This document shows positions 50,987 through 60,190 of a stretch of 64,000 nt of DNA, piece by piece. The translations under genes and the position numbers were made by a program. The notes beneath the pieces are model-generated. The model ran no database searches. It worked only from the letters and a program-made list of their open reading frames with translations, and was not told where the DNA came from. This DNA comes from Planctomycetota bacterium (GTDB taxonomy: Bacteria; Planctomycetota; B15-G4): positions 5,784-69,783 of the forward strand of contig JAJDER010000038.1 in assembly GCA_029259725.1 (NCBI GenBank). The letters are read 5' to 3'. The stretch's first letter is position 1. Each line of letters begins with the position of its first letter.

Positions 50987-51293
50987 GAAGAAGATCCGCC
51001 CCGTCGCCCTGTCCCGACTCGAGGCCGAGGAACGCCACGCCGAGGCCTTCGCGGCCCTGGGCCATGCCTCGCGTCTGCAGGTCTTCTTCCTGCTCGTGCG
51101 GGCCCGGGGCGAGGTGGCGGTGGGGGAGATCGCCGAGGCCACCGGCATCCCGGGCCCGACGCTCAACCACCATGTCGACAGGCTCAAGCGCGTCGGCCTG
51201 GTCAGCACCCGCCGCGACGGTCGCTACGTGCTCTGCGCCGCCCGCCGCGAACTCGTCAACGAACTCGTGAGGCTGCTCACCGCCTGCTGCTGA
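50985..51293 (+). CDS. arsR: ArsR/SmtB family repressor with C-terminal CC pair
   Basis: AFAALGHASRLQVFFLL, TLNHHVDRLKRVGLV, terminal TACC. Confidence 0.88.
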   Translation: MKKIRPVALSRLEAEERHAEAFAALGHASRLQVFFLLVRARGEVAVGEIAEATGIPGPTLNHHVDRLKRVGLVSTRRDGRYVLCAARRELVNELVRLLTACC

Positions 51294-51328
51294 GGCCGCC
51301 GCCCACCCCGAACGCACGGAGTCCCGCC

Positions 51329-51820
51329 ATGCATCCCCGCGTCCACGTGCACCTGCCCGTGTCCGACCTCGATGCCAGCCGCGCCTTCTACGCGGCGTTC
51401 CTCGGGGCCGAACCGGTCAAGGACCGCCCCGGCTACGTGAAGTTCCTGCCCGCCGTCGCGCCGTTGAACCTCGCCCTCAGCGTCGGTCCCGTCGGCCCGA
51501 TGCTGGGCGACGTACACGCCGGTCTGGAACTGGCCAGCAGCGAAGCCGTCTCGGCGCAGCTGGAGCGCGTGCAGGCGGAAGGCCTGCCCGTGCGCGTCGA
51601 GTGGGGCACCGACTGCTGCCACGCCAACCAGGACAAGTTCTGGGTGGCGGATCCCGACGGCCGGAACTGGGAGGTCTACCACCTCAACCACGACCTGTCC
51701 GACGCGAGCGACGGCGTGCCGGTCTCGCTGCCGGTCTCGGGTGACGCCTCCGTGGACGGCGGCTCGTGTTGCGCCCCCGGCGCATGCGTGCCCCCGCCGA
51801 CGGTCATCGGACCTGGGTGA
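51329..51820 (+). CDS. VOC-fold ArsI/CadI-like metalloenzyme (C-As lyase family)
   Basis: RVHVHLPVSDLDAS..FY..PVK.RPGYVKF, PLNLAL, TDCCHANQDKFWV.DPDG..WEVY. Confidence 0.88.
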   Translation: MHPRVHVHLPVSDLDASRAFYAAFLGAEPVKDRPGYVKFLPAVAPLNLALSVGPVGPMLGDVHAGLELASSEAVSAQLERVQAEGLPVRVEWGTDCCHANQDKFWVADPDGRNWEVYHLNHDLSDASDGVPVSLPVSGDASVDGGSCCAPGACVPPPTVIGPG

Positions 51821-52008
51821 CCCTGGGTGACCGGCCCCGGCGATGCGCGGGAGGGTCGCCGGTCCCGCGAGCGCCACGTCCCTGCCGCAAGCCTCGTCAT
51901 GGACGCCACGGGCGGCCGCGGCTTACCCTGACCCGGCTTCGGTGCCTCGACGCCGCCCCGCGTCGGCACCCACTCGGCACCCCTTCGCTACGCCCCGGGA
52001 GACACCCC

Positions 52009-54045
52009 ATGCGTTCCTCCGCCCTGTTCGCGCTGCTCTTGTCGGCGCCGGCCGTCGCCGCGACCGGTGACGAGTGGAAGGCCCAGTGGGCCCTCGACAA
52101 GACCCCGCTGAACCGTTCCGGGCAGCAGCTCACGGACGACACCAACGCGCATCTCGCCGCCGCGCGCGAGCTGATGGCCGAGATCATCGCCGTCGAGGGT
52201 CCGCGCACGCTGGACAACACGCTCGAGCTGTACAACCGACTGCTCATGCACCTCGACGCGACGTCGAACGAGAACAGCCTGCTGGCCCAGGTGCACCCGG
52301 ACAAGAGCGTGGTCGAAGCGGCCCAGCTCAACCGGCAGGAGGTCTCGAAGATGTTCACCGAGCTCTCCCTGTCCCGGGAACTCTACGAGGCCGTCGCCGC
52401 CGTGGACCTCTCCAGCGCCGACGAGGCCACGGTGTTCTTCGTGGAGAAGGAGCTCGACGATTTCCGTCGCGGCGGCGTGGACAAGCCCGAGGACGTGCGC
52501 GCACGCATCACCGAGCTGAACGAGACGCTCACGAAGCTGGGCCAGGACTTCTCGCAGAACATCGCCGAGGACACCAAGGAGGTGAAGCTGGACCCCGAGG
52601 ACCTGGCCGGCCTGCCCGAGGACTGGATCGCCGGGCACCCCGTCGGCGAGGACGGCAAGGTCATCGTCAACACCAGCTATCCGGACTACGTGCCCTTCAT
52701 CCGCTACGCGGAGAGCGCCGACGCCCGCGAGGCGATGTACAAGGCCTACCAGACCCGCGCCTACCCCGTGAACGTGGAGGTGTTGCGCAACGTCCTGGAG
52801 GCCCGCTACGAGTACGCCACGCTGCTCGGCTTCGAGGACTACGCCGACTACGTCACCGCGGACAAGATGATCGGGACGGCGCAGAACGCACAGGACTTCA
52901 TCGACCGCATCTCGGCCGCGGCAGCGCGCCCGGTGGTCGCCGAGCAGCGCGACCTGCTGCGCTACAAGCAGAAGGACCAGCCCCTGGCCGACACGATCGA
53001 GGACTACGAGAAGGCCTACTACGGCAACCTCGTGCGCAAGGAGCGCTTCGACTTCGACAGCAAGTCCGTGCGCCCGTACTTCGACTTCGACACGGTGCAG
53101 GCCGGGCTGTTCGAGTTGACCGGCAGCCTGTTCGGCGTCGAGTACCGGCGCGTGGACGGCCTGGATCTCTGGCACGAGGACGTCAGCGCCTGGGACCTCT
53201 ACGAGGGCGACCGCCACATCGGCCGCTTCTTCCTCGACCTGCATCCGCGCCCCGACAAGTACAACCACGCCGCGTGCTTCGGGTACCGCGACGGGATCGC
53301 GGGCGTGCGCCTGCCCCAGGCCACGCTGGTCTGCAACTTCCCCAACCCGCGGGCGAGCGAGGACGGGCACGCGCTCATGGAGCACGGTGACGTCACCACG
53401 TTCTTCCACGAGTTCGGCCACCTGCTGCACAACCTGTTCGCCGGTCACCGGCGCTGGGCGGGCAACACGGGCATCTCGACCGAGTGGGACTTCGTCGAGG
53501 CGCCCAGCCAGTTGCTCGAGGAGTGGTGCTACGACCCGGGTGCGCTGGCGGTCTTCGCCAAGCACTACCAGACGGGCGAGGTGATCCCGCCGGAGCTGGT
53601 CGGCAAGCTGCGCGAGGCCGCCGACTTCGGCAAGGCCAGCAATGTCGCCCATCAGATGTTCTACGCGGCGCTGTCGCTGAACTACTACGACCACGCTCCC
53701 GGTGACGTCGACATGGAGGCGATGAAGAAGGAGCTGCAGGCGCGCTACACGCCGTACCCGTACGTCGAGGGCACGCACATGCAGTGCAGCTTCGGTCACC
53801 TGTACGGCTACTCGGCGATCTACTACACCTACATGTGGTCGCAGGTCATCGCCAAGGACCTGTTCAGTCGCTTCGAGGCCGAAGGCGTGCTCAACCCCGA
53901 GGTCGCGCTGTCGTACCGCCGGCAGGTGCTCGACCCGGGCGGCAGCAAGCCGGCCGGCGAGCTGGTCGAGCAGTTCCTGGGACGGCCCTACAGCTTCGAG
54001 GCCTTCGAGCGCTGGCTGGGCGAGGGGCCGGACGCAGACGACTAG
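52009..54045 (+). CDS. Secreted M3 family oligopeptidase (thimet / oligopeptidase A-like)
   Basis: Signal peptide; FFLDLHPRPDKYNHAA, TTFFHEFGHLLH, DFVEAPSQLLEEW, FGHLYGYSAIYYTYMWS. Confidence 0.93.
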   Translation: MRSSALFALLLSAPAVAATGDEWKAQWALDKTPLNRSGQQLTDDTNAHLAAARELMAEIIAVEGPRTLDNTLELYNRLLMHLDATSNENSLLAQVHPDKSVVEAAQLNRQEVSKMFTELSLSRELYEAVAAVDLSSADEATVFFVEKELDDFRRGGVDKPEDVRARITELNETLTKLGQDFSQNIAEDTKEVKLDPEDLAGLPEDWIAGHPVGEDGKVIVNTSYPDYVPFIRYAESADAREAMYKAYQTRAYPVNVEVLRNVLEARYEYATLLGFEDYADYVTADKMIGTAQNAQDFIDRISAAAARPVVAEQRDLLRYKQKDQPLADTIEDYEKAYYGNLVRKERFDFDSKSVRPYFDFDTVQAGLFELTGSLFGVEYRRVDGLDLWHEDVSAWDLYEGDRHIGRFFLDLHPRPDKYNHAACFGYRDGIAGVRLPQATLVCNFPNPRASEDGHALMEHGDVTTFFHEFGHLLHNLFAGHRRWAGNTGISTEWDFVEAPSQLLEEWCYDPGALAVFAKHYQTGEVIPPELVGKLREAADFGKASNVAHQMFYAALSLNYYDHAPGDVDMEAMKKELQARYTPYPYVEGTHMQCSFGHLYGYSAIYYTYMWSQVIAKDLFSRFEAEGVLNPEVALSYRRQVLDPGGSKPAGELVEQFLGRPYSFEAFERWLGEGPDADD

Positions 54046-54073
54046 CAGCCCCCTCGCGCCGGGTGCACGCGAC

Positions 54074-54229
54074 GTGGCCCGGACGGGGTGCGCCCCGCCC
54101 GTGGAGTGCAAGCAGGTGTTCATGGACGAAGGGACCTCGGAGCTCGATCCGCCGCGCCACGCCGCGTTGCGCCGTGACCTCGCGAACACGCTCCCAGGAC
54201 TGCGCGAGAGCCTGGCGGACCTGCTGTGA
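54074..54229 (+). pseudogene. C-terminal remnant of an N-formylglutamate amidohydrolase-family gene
   Basis: Manual translation VARTGCAPPVECKQVFMDEGTSELDPPRHAALRRDLANTLPGLRESLADLL*. Resembles the recalled FGase C-terminus (TGCALAIEFKKFFMDEWTG...); its stop overlaps the next gene's GTG (GTGA). Confidence 0.6.
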
Positions 54230-56130
54230 CCCGCGCCCCCGTCATCGACGACGCCTTCCTGGCGGACGTGAGCGCGCGGCTGCGTGCCGGGAACCGCGTG
54301 CGCCGGGCCCTCGACGAGGGTGGCAGGCTGCACGTCGAGCGGCAGCTCCCGTTCCTGGTCGTGCACCGCCGGATCGCGGACCGCGAGGCGCCCGGGACGG
54401 AGGCCCTGGTGACCGCGACGGCGTCCTGGATGCAGGCGTCCGGCGAGCGCCGCCACCATCGCCGCCTCAAGGCCCTGGTGACGTCGTGGGCGGACGTGAT
54501 GGCCGAGGCCTTCGGGTCGACCATCCTGCTCGAGATCTGGTCCGGCCCGGTGGAGGCGAACGCCGACGAGGAGCCTCCCGACGACCTCGCCGCGCCGGCC
54601 TTTCGCATCCTCGCCCCCCGGCGTGGGCCCTCCGGTCTCGCCGTGCGCGTGCTGGCCGAGTCCCTGGGCGCGTTGCGCGTGCGACGTCGCCGGGCGCGGG
54701 TGCGTATCGCCTACACGGCCCGCCGACGCCCGCCCGGCATGCCCGCGCTGTTGAGCACGGCCGAGGCCGATGCGCGCGGCTGCACCGTCCTCGGGCTGGA
54801 GGTCCGTCCGGTGCACGCCGACGCCGGCGAGTCCGAGCTGTTCCCGCTCGTCCTGCGGACCCTCAGGCGGCGCCTCGGCTCGGCGCTGCACGAGGGCTTC
54901 TTCGCCTTCGCTCACGACCAGACCACGCATCGTCCCGCGCACTATCACGAGCTGGGGCGTCGTGTGCTGTCGCGCGCTGCGCGCGAGGTGGACGGCCGTC
55001 TGGCCGCGATCAGCGAGTCCTTCGACTTCCTGCTGGCCTGCACCCCCGTCGACACGGACCCGGCCTGGGAACGGTTCCGCCGGCGCGGGATGTCGACGCC
55101 GCCGACGCTCCACTACCGACCGCTGAGCTTCGACCCGGCCCGGCTCAAGCGCGAGCTGTACGCCGCCCCGATCGAGAAGGTGGAGGACCCGGCGCTGTCG
55201 GCACTGTTCCGCGGCAAGCAACTCGAGCTGGACCGCCAGCTCACGCTGCTGCTGGACCGTCAGACGCGCCGCTTCCTCCCCGGGGGCCTGGCGCTCTACG
55301 GCCCGGTCGAGCCACCGCTGCGCCGGCTGGCCGGGCGCGTGCTCCGAGCGATTCCGCCGGGCCGCTCCGAGAGCGGTCGCGGCACCGTCGACGCGCTCGG
55401 GTTCGCCGCCGCCGCGGAGCGCGAGCTGGCCTTGCTGCGCACCCAGTGGCCGGAGATGCCGGGGGGCGTCGTGGTGCGGAAGGACCTCCCCGCCGGCCTC
55501 ATGGTCTCGCACGGCCGGCTGCTGATCGGGGCCGGGTTCCGCGTGCCCCGCTCCCGGGTCGACGCCCTGCTCCAGCATGAGGTCGGGACCCACGTGCTCA
55601 CCTACGCCAACGGCCGCGCCCAGCCCTTCCAGCAGCTCTCGGTCGGGCTCGACGGCTACGACGCGCTGCAGGAGGGGCTCGCGGTGCTGGCCGAGCACCT
55701 GGTGGGCGGGCTTCCGGGCAGCCGGCTGCGCCTGCTCGCCGGGCGGGTCCTGGCCGCCGCATCCGTCGAGGACGGCGCCGACTTCGTGGAGACCTTCGCG
55801 CTGCTGACCGCCAAGGGCTTCGAGCACCGGGTGGCCTTCGGCGTGACCATGCGCGTCCACCGCGCCGGCGGCCTGATCAAGGACGCGGTCTACCTGCGCG
55901 GCCTGGCGGAGGTGCTGGGCCTGCTCGCGGACGGCGTCGAGATCGACGATCTCTATGTCGGCAAGATCGCCGCCGTGCATCTGGGCACGGTCCGGGAACT
56001 CCGCCGGCGGCGCATCCTGATCGAGCCTCCGTTGCGCCCGCGCTTCCTCACGGATCCCGACGCTGCGGGGAGGTTGCGCGCCGTGCGTGCGGGTGTCACC
56101 GTCATCGACCTGGCCAAGGAGGCACGATGA
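54226..56130 (+). CDS. QEGLA-motif (DUF1704, MATCAP-like) zinc metallopeptidase
   Basis: LLQHEVGTHVLTYANG (HExxxH) and YDALQEGLAVLAE; RGGG-like RAGGLIKDAVYLRG, LYVGKI. Confidence 0.9.
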   Translation: MTRAPVIDDAFLADVSARLRAGNRVRRALDEGGRLHVERQLPFLVVHRRIADREAPGTEALVTATASWMQASGERRHHRRLKALVTSWADVMAEAFGSTILLEIWSGPVEANADEEPPDDLAAPAFRILAPRRGPSGLAVRVLAESLGALRVRRRRARVRIAYTARRRPPGMPALLSTAEADARGCTVLGLEVRPVHADAGESELFPLVLRTLRRRLGSALHEGFFAFAHDQTTHRPAHYHELGRRVLSRAAREVDGRLAAISESFDFLLACTPVDTDPAWERFRRRGMSTPPTLHYRPLSFDPARLKRELYAAPIEKVEDPALSALFRGKQLELDRQLTLLLDRQTRRFLPGGLALYGPVEPPLRRLAGRVLRAIPPGRSESGRGTVDALGFAAAAERELALLRTQWPEMPGGVVVRKDLPAGLMVSHGRLLIGAGFRVPRSRVDALLQHEVGTHVLTYANGRAQPFQQLSVGLDGYDALQEGLAVLAEHLVGGLPGSRLRLLAGRVLAAASVEDGADFVETFALLTAKGFEHRVAFGVTMRVHRAGGLIKDAVYLRGLAEVLGLLADGVEIDDLYVGKIAAVHLGTVRELRRRRILIEPPLRPRFLTDPDAAGRLRAVRAGVTVIDLAKEAR

Positions 56131-57176
56131 ACGTCGGTTTCGTTGTCAACGACGTCCGCACCGAGGAGGCGAGCTACACGACGGTGCGCATGGCGATGGC
56201 GGCCCACAACCTGGGTCATCGCGCGTGGGTCATCGGCGTGGGGGACTTCGCGCTCGACGCGGACGATCGCGTCCGCGCTCGCGCCGTCACGGTGCCGGCG
56301 AACAAGAAGGGCTACAAGACCGGCGCCACCTTCCTGTCGGACCTCCTCGGCGGCAAGGCGGTGCGCGAGCGCATCACGGTCGACGACCTCGACGTGCTGC
56401 TGCTGCGCAACGACCCGGCCGGCGACGCCCATCGACCGTGGGCCCAGGGCGCCGGGATCATGTTCGGCCGCGCCGCCGTGCGCAGCGGTGTGATCGTGCT
56501 CAACGATCCCAACGGCCTGGCCAAGGCGATGAACAAGTCGTACTTCCAGCTCTTCCCGGAAGAGGTGCGCCCGCCGACGCTGATCACGCGCGACGCCGGC
56601 GAGATCAAGGTCTTCGCCAAGGAGCACGGCAACCACATCGTGCTCAAGCCGCTCCAGGGCAGCGGCGGGCAGAGCGTGTTCCTGGTGCGGCCCGACGAGG
56701 TCGCCAACATCAACCAGATGATCGACGCCGTGGCGCGCGACGGCTACGTGATCGCGCAGCAGTACCTGCCCGCGGCGGAGGCCGGCGACATGCGCCTGTT
56801 CGTCGTGAACGGCGAGCCGCTGCGGCACAAGGGCAAGTACGCGGCCTTCCGGCGGGTGCGCCGCGGCGGCGACCTGCGCAGCAACATCCATGCGGGCGGC
56901 AGCCTGGCGCCCGCCGAAGTCGACGACGTGGCGCTGCAGGTGGCCGAGATCGTGCGTCCCAAGCTGGTGCAGGACGGCATGTACATCGTCGGTCTCGACA
57001 TCGTCGGCGACAAGCTCATGGAGATCAACGTGTTCAGCCCGGGCGGGCTGGGCAGCGCGCAGAAGTTCACCGGTGTCAACTTCGCGCGCGTGGTCATCCG
57101 CGACCTGGAGCGCAAGGTGCGGTACATGAACTACTACCGCCGCAACTTCGACAACGTCGAGCTGGCCGCGCTCTGA
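56127..57176 (+). CDS. Glutathione synthetase-like ATP-grasp ligase
   Basis: LLRNDP, LNDPNGL..NK.Y, IVLKPLQGSGG..VF, QQYLP..GDMRL, GLDIVGDKLMEINVFSPGG; ATGA overlap with the QEGLA gene. Confidence 0.85.
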   Translation: MNVGFVVNDVRTEEASYTTVRMAMAAHNLGHRAWVIGVGDFALDADDRVRARAVTVPANKKGYKTGATFLSDLLGGKAVRERITVDDLDVLLLRNDPAGDAHRPWAQGAGIMFGRAAVRSGVIVLNDPNGLAKAMNKSYFQLFPEEVRPPTLITRDAGEIKVFAKEHGNHIVLKPLQGSGGQSVFLVRPDEVANINQMIDAVARDGYVIAQQYLPAAEAGDMRLFVVNGEPLRHKGKYAAFRRVRRGGDLRSNIHAGGSLAPAEVDDVALQVAEIVRPKLVQDGMYIVGLDIVGDKLMEINVFSPGGLGSAQKFTGVNFARVVIRDLERKVRYMNYYRRNFDNVELAAL

Positions 57177-57198
57177 GCCGACGCGCGCTGCAGGCGCG

Positions 57199-58041
57199 TC
57201 AGCGCACGGGACCCGGCCGCCAGGCGATGACGGTCAGGTCATCGGGCTTGCCGGGCGCGGCGTCGCCGGTCATGCGCGCGCGGGCGCCGTGCACGAGGCG
57301 CTCCACGGCGCGGAGCAGCGGTCCGCGGCGCACGATCTCGACGATCTCGTCCAGCGGGAGGTTGTCGAAGAGCCCGTCGCTGGCGAGCAGGATCGTGTCG
57401 CGCGGCGCGAGCGGGATCGGCGAGCCGATCTCGATGTGCATGTCGGCGGCGCCGAGGGCGTTGCTGACCAGGTGCCGGTCCTCGTGGACCATGGCGGCCT
57501 CCTCGTCGAGCAGGCCGGCCTCCACGGCGTAGCCCACCGGCGAGTGGGGCGTGGTCTGGTGCTTCACGCGGCCGCGCTGCCCGGTGACCAGCGCCTGGCT
57601 GTCCCCGGCGTGGTGGATGCGCACGCTGCCGTCGCGCAGCTCGGCGACCAGCAGGGTGGTGGCCGCGCCGCCCGGGAGCGCGGAGACGGCGGCGTTGGCC
57701 AGCTCGAAACCGTCCAGCACGACGTCGCGCAGGTCGCGCCGGGCGTCGGTCTCGGCCGCGCCGGCCTCGGTGATGGCGGTGCACAGGGCCTGCGTGGCGC
57801 CGGCCGAGGCCTGGTCGCCCACCGCATGGCCGCCGACCCCGTCGGCCACGATGAGCGCGCCCGCTTCGTCGCCGTACGCGAGAGCCGCGGCGGCGTCCTC
57901 GTTGCCGGCGTCGCCGCCCTTGAGCGGGGAGCGATGGGTGTAGAGCACCGCCGTGCCGCCGGCCACGCGGACCACGTGCGGGGCGTCGAGGTCGTCGCCC
58001 AGGAGCACGAGGGGCAGCTCGGGGCCTCGATCAGCGCCCAC
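57199..58041 (-). CDS. PP2C-family Ser/Thr phosphatase
   Basis: NEDAA, IVADGVGGHAVGDQAS, HAGDS, LLASDGLFDN, DDLTVI; GGAGG SD before GTG 58041. Confidence 0.9.
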   Translation of the reverse strand: MGADRGPELPLVLLGDDLDAPHVVRVAGGTAVLYTHRSPLKGGDAGNEDAAAALAYGDEAGALIVADGVGGHAVGDQASAGATQALCTAITEAGAAETDARRDLRDVVLDGFELANAAVSALPGGAATTLLVAELRDGSVRIHHAGDSQALVTGQRGRVKHQTTPHSPVGYAVEAGLLDEEAAMVHEDRHLVSNALGAADMHIEIGSPIPLAPRDTILLASDGLFDNLPLDEIVEIVRRGPLLRAVERLVHGARARMTGDAAPGKPDDLTVIAWRPGPVR

Positions 58042-59347
58042 GGGTCCTCCTGGCTTCGAGGTCTCTTCCGCACCAGGCACAGTGCGCCCAGAAGCCGCCG
58101 GCCACGCCCCACGAGCAGCGCGGGCACTTCGCCTTCGAGCCGGTCAGGAGCCAGCGTCGCTGCACCTTGCGGCGACACCACGGGCAGTAGCGCGAGAAGG
58201 GCATCAGGTCGCCGCGGCAGTGGGCGCAGTGGCCGGTGTAGCGTCGGTCGGTGAAGCTGCGCGTGGACAGCGGGCCGATCGCCGCGCCGTGGCACCAGGC
58301 GCAGGAAGGCCAGTCCAGCTTCACGCCGCGGCGGCAGCGCGGGCACTGCGCCGGGCAGTCCACCGCGCCGCGGTGCCGCTTGCGGTCGTTGCCGCACCAG
58401 GGGCAGGTGGTCATGGCCTCGCTCACGGGGCCGTGGCAGCGACCGCACTCCCCGAACGGGCCGAGCGTCTTGCCGAAGTCGCGCCGGAACTGGGTGTGGC
58501 GGATGGCCTTCCAGTCGGCGCGCTTGCCCGGGGCCTGGGAGCCGTTGCGCTGGCGCAGGGTCTTGCGGCGGGAGTCGTCGCCCAGGATGCGCGGGCGCAG
58601 CTTGCGGAAGGCCATCAGCAGGGCGGTGGCGTCGCGCGGGCGCTGCCTCTCGTTGACACTCAGGGTCCGCTCGAGCAGCGCGGCCAGCTCCGGATGCAGG
58701 CGCCGGAGCCGGTCGGCCCCGGGCAGCGGCGCGCGATAGGGCCACTCGGGCAGGCGCCGCGTGAGCAGCCGCCAGATGACCAGGCCGGCGGAGAACACGT
58801 CCGAGCGCAGACTGGGCTTGCCCATGGCCTGCTCGGGGGCGATGTAGCCGACCGTCCCGGTCCCTCCGGCCGCCAGCGTGCGCTGGGCGACCTTGGAGAT
58901 GCCGAAGTCGGTGAGCCGCAGCCGGTCGTTGAAGAGCAGCAGGTTGTCGGGCTTCACGTCACAGTGGATCACGCGCTCCTGGTGGGCGTACGACAGGGCC
59001 TCGAGCAGCTGCTGCGACCAATCGAGTGCGGTGCGCAGCGCGACGGCGCGCTCCATGCGCTCGGCGAGGGTGCGGTCACCGAGGGGCTGCACGATGACGA
59101 AGTGCCCGTCGATGAACCCGGCCGTCTTGACCGGCACGATGCCCGGATGGTCCAGGCGGGCGGTCAGGCGGACCTCGCGCCGGAAGTCCTCCAGGGTGGC
59201 CTTCGTGACCAGGTGGCGGTGGGGGACCTTGAGGGCCACGCGGATGCCCTCGACGGTGTCCTGCGCCTCGTAGACCTCGGCGAAACCGCCCTTGGCGAGG
59301 CGGCGCACCACGCGGTACTTGTCGAGACGTTGTCGCGCCTTCAGCAC
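58031..59347 (-). CDS. Hanks-type Ser/Thr kinase with four C-terminal zinc-ribbon CxxC pairs
   Basis: VALK, HCDVKPDN, TDFG, GTVGYIAPE, SDVFS; eight CxxC motifs (CGRC, CPWC, CPRC, CAWC, CAHC, CPWC, CPRC, CAWC). Confidence 0.92.
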   Translation of the reverse strand: MLKARQRLDKYRVVRRLAKGGFAEVYEAQDTVEGIRVALKVPHRHLVTKATLEDFRREVRLTARLDHPGIVPVKTAGFIDGHFVIVQPLGDRTLAERMERAVALRTALDWSQQLLEALSYAHQERVIHCDVKPDNLLLFNDRLRLTDFGISKVAQRTLAAGGTGTVGYIAPEQAMGKPSLRSDVFSAGLVIWRLLTRRLPEWPYRAPLPGADRLRRLHPELAALLERTLSVNERQRPRDATALLMAFRKLRPRILGDDSRRKTLRQRNGSQAPGKRADWKAIRHTQFRRDFGKTLGPFGECGRCHGPVSEAMTTCPWCGNDRKRHRGAVDCPAQCPRCRRGVKLDWPSCAWCHGAAIGPLSTRSFTDRRYTGHCAHCRGDLMPFSRYCPWCRRKVQRRWLLTGSKAKCPRCSWGVAGGFWAHCAWCGRDLEARRTRGR

Positions 59348-59454
59348 ACCCGGTCCCCGGCGCCGGTCGTCGGTGCCGGCGGCGAGACAGGTTAGACCTC
59401 GGCGGGCCCTTCGGCCACGATGGCGCGGCACTTCTCGACGCGAGCTGCCGCCCC

Positions 59455-60078
59455 ATGAACCGACCGGACTTCGACCCGCGACCGCTGGTCCTCGCCGGGC
59501 GCCACGTGCGCCTGGAGCCGATGACCACGGCCCACGCCGAGGACCTCTTCGCCGTGGGCGCCGACCCCGACCTGTGGCACTGGTTCCCGTACCGCCCGTG
59601 TGAGTCGCTCGAAGGGGCGCGAGCCGCTTGTGCCGAGGTGGAGGCCGAGGCCGCGGCGGGGCTCAGTGTGCCCTTCGCGGTGATCGAGGTGGCCTCGGAC
59701 CGGGCCGTGGGCAGCACGCGCTTCTTCGACATCCGGCGCGAGCACCGGTCGTTCGAGATCGGACACACCTGGTACGGCAAGGCGTCGCAGGGCACGGTCG
59801 TGAACACCGAGGCCAAGCTGCTGCTGCTGACCTGCGCCTTCGACCGCTGGGGCGCCATCCGCGTGCAGTTCAAGACCGACGCGCGCAACCAGCGCAGCCG
59901 ATCGGCGCTGGAGCGCTTCGGCGCCCGGTACGAGGGCGCGCTGCGCAACCACCTGATCATGCCGGACGGCCATTTCCGGACGTCGGTGTTCTACAGCGTC
60001 ACGGAGGACGAGTGGCCGACGGTGAAGGACCGTCTGCGGCGCCTGTTGGCCGAGCGCGAGGCCCGGTCGGGGAGTTGA
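59455..60078 (+). CDS. GNAT acetyltransferase (RimJ/RimL family)
   Basis: LAGRHVRLEP, VGSTRF, EIGHTW, NTEAKLLLL, RVQFKTDARN.RS..A.ERFGA.YEG. Confidence 0.9.
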   Translation: MNRPDFDPRPLVLAGRHVRLEPMTTAHAEDLFAVGADPDLWHWFPYRPCESLEGARAACAEVEAEAAAGLSVPFAVIEVASDRAVGSTRFFDIRREHRSFEIGHTWYGKASQGTVVNTEAKLLLLTCAFDRWGAIRVQFKTDARNQRSRSALERFGARYEGALRNHLIMPDGHFRTSVFYSVTEDEWPTVKDRLRRLLAEREARSGS

Positions 60079-60190
60079 CATCGAGTTCGGCGCGCCGCCT
60101 CGTACGACGGTGATCCCCGGGTGGTCGGGAGATCGAAACCGCCGAACCCCACGGCGGAACCGGCCCGACCGCTTTGGTAGCTTCGACCCC

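Noticed and set aside
56127-57176. Naming the ATP-grasp gene gshB
   Set aside because: Motifs diverge from canonical GshB and the context (QEGLA gene, no gshA) suggests another function
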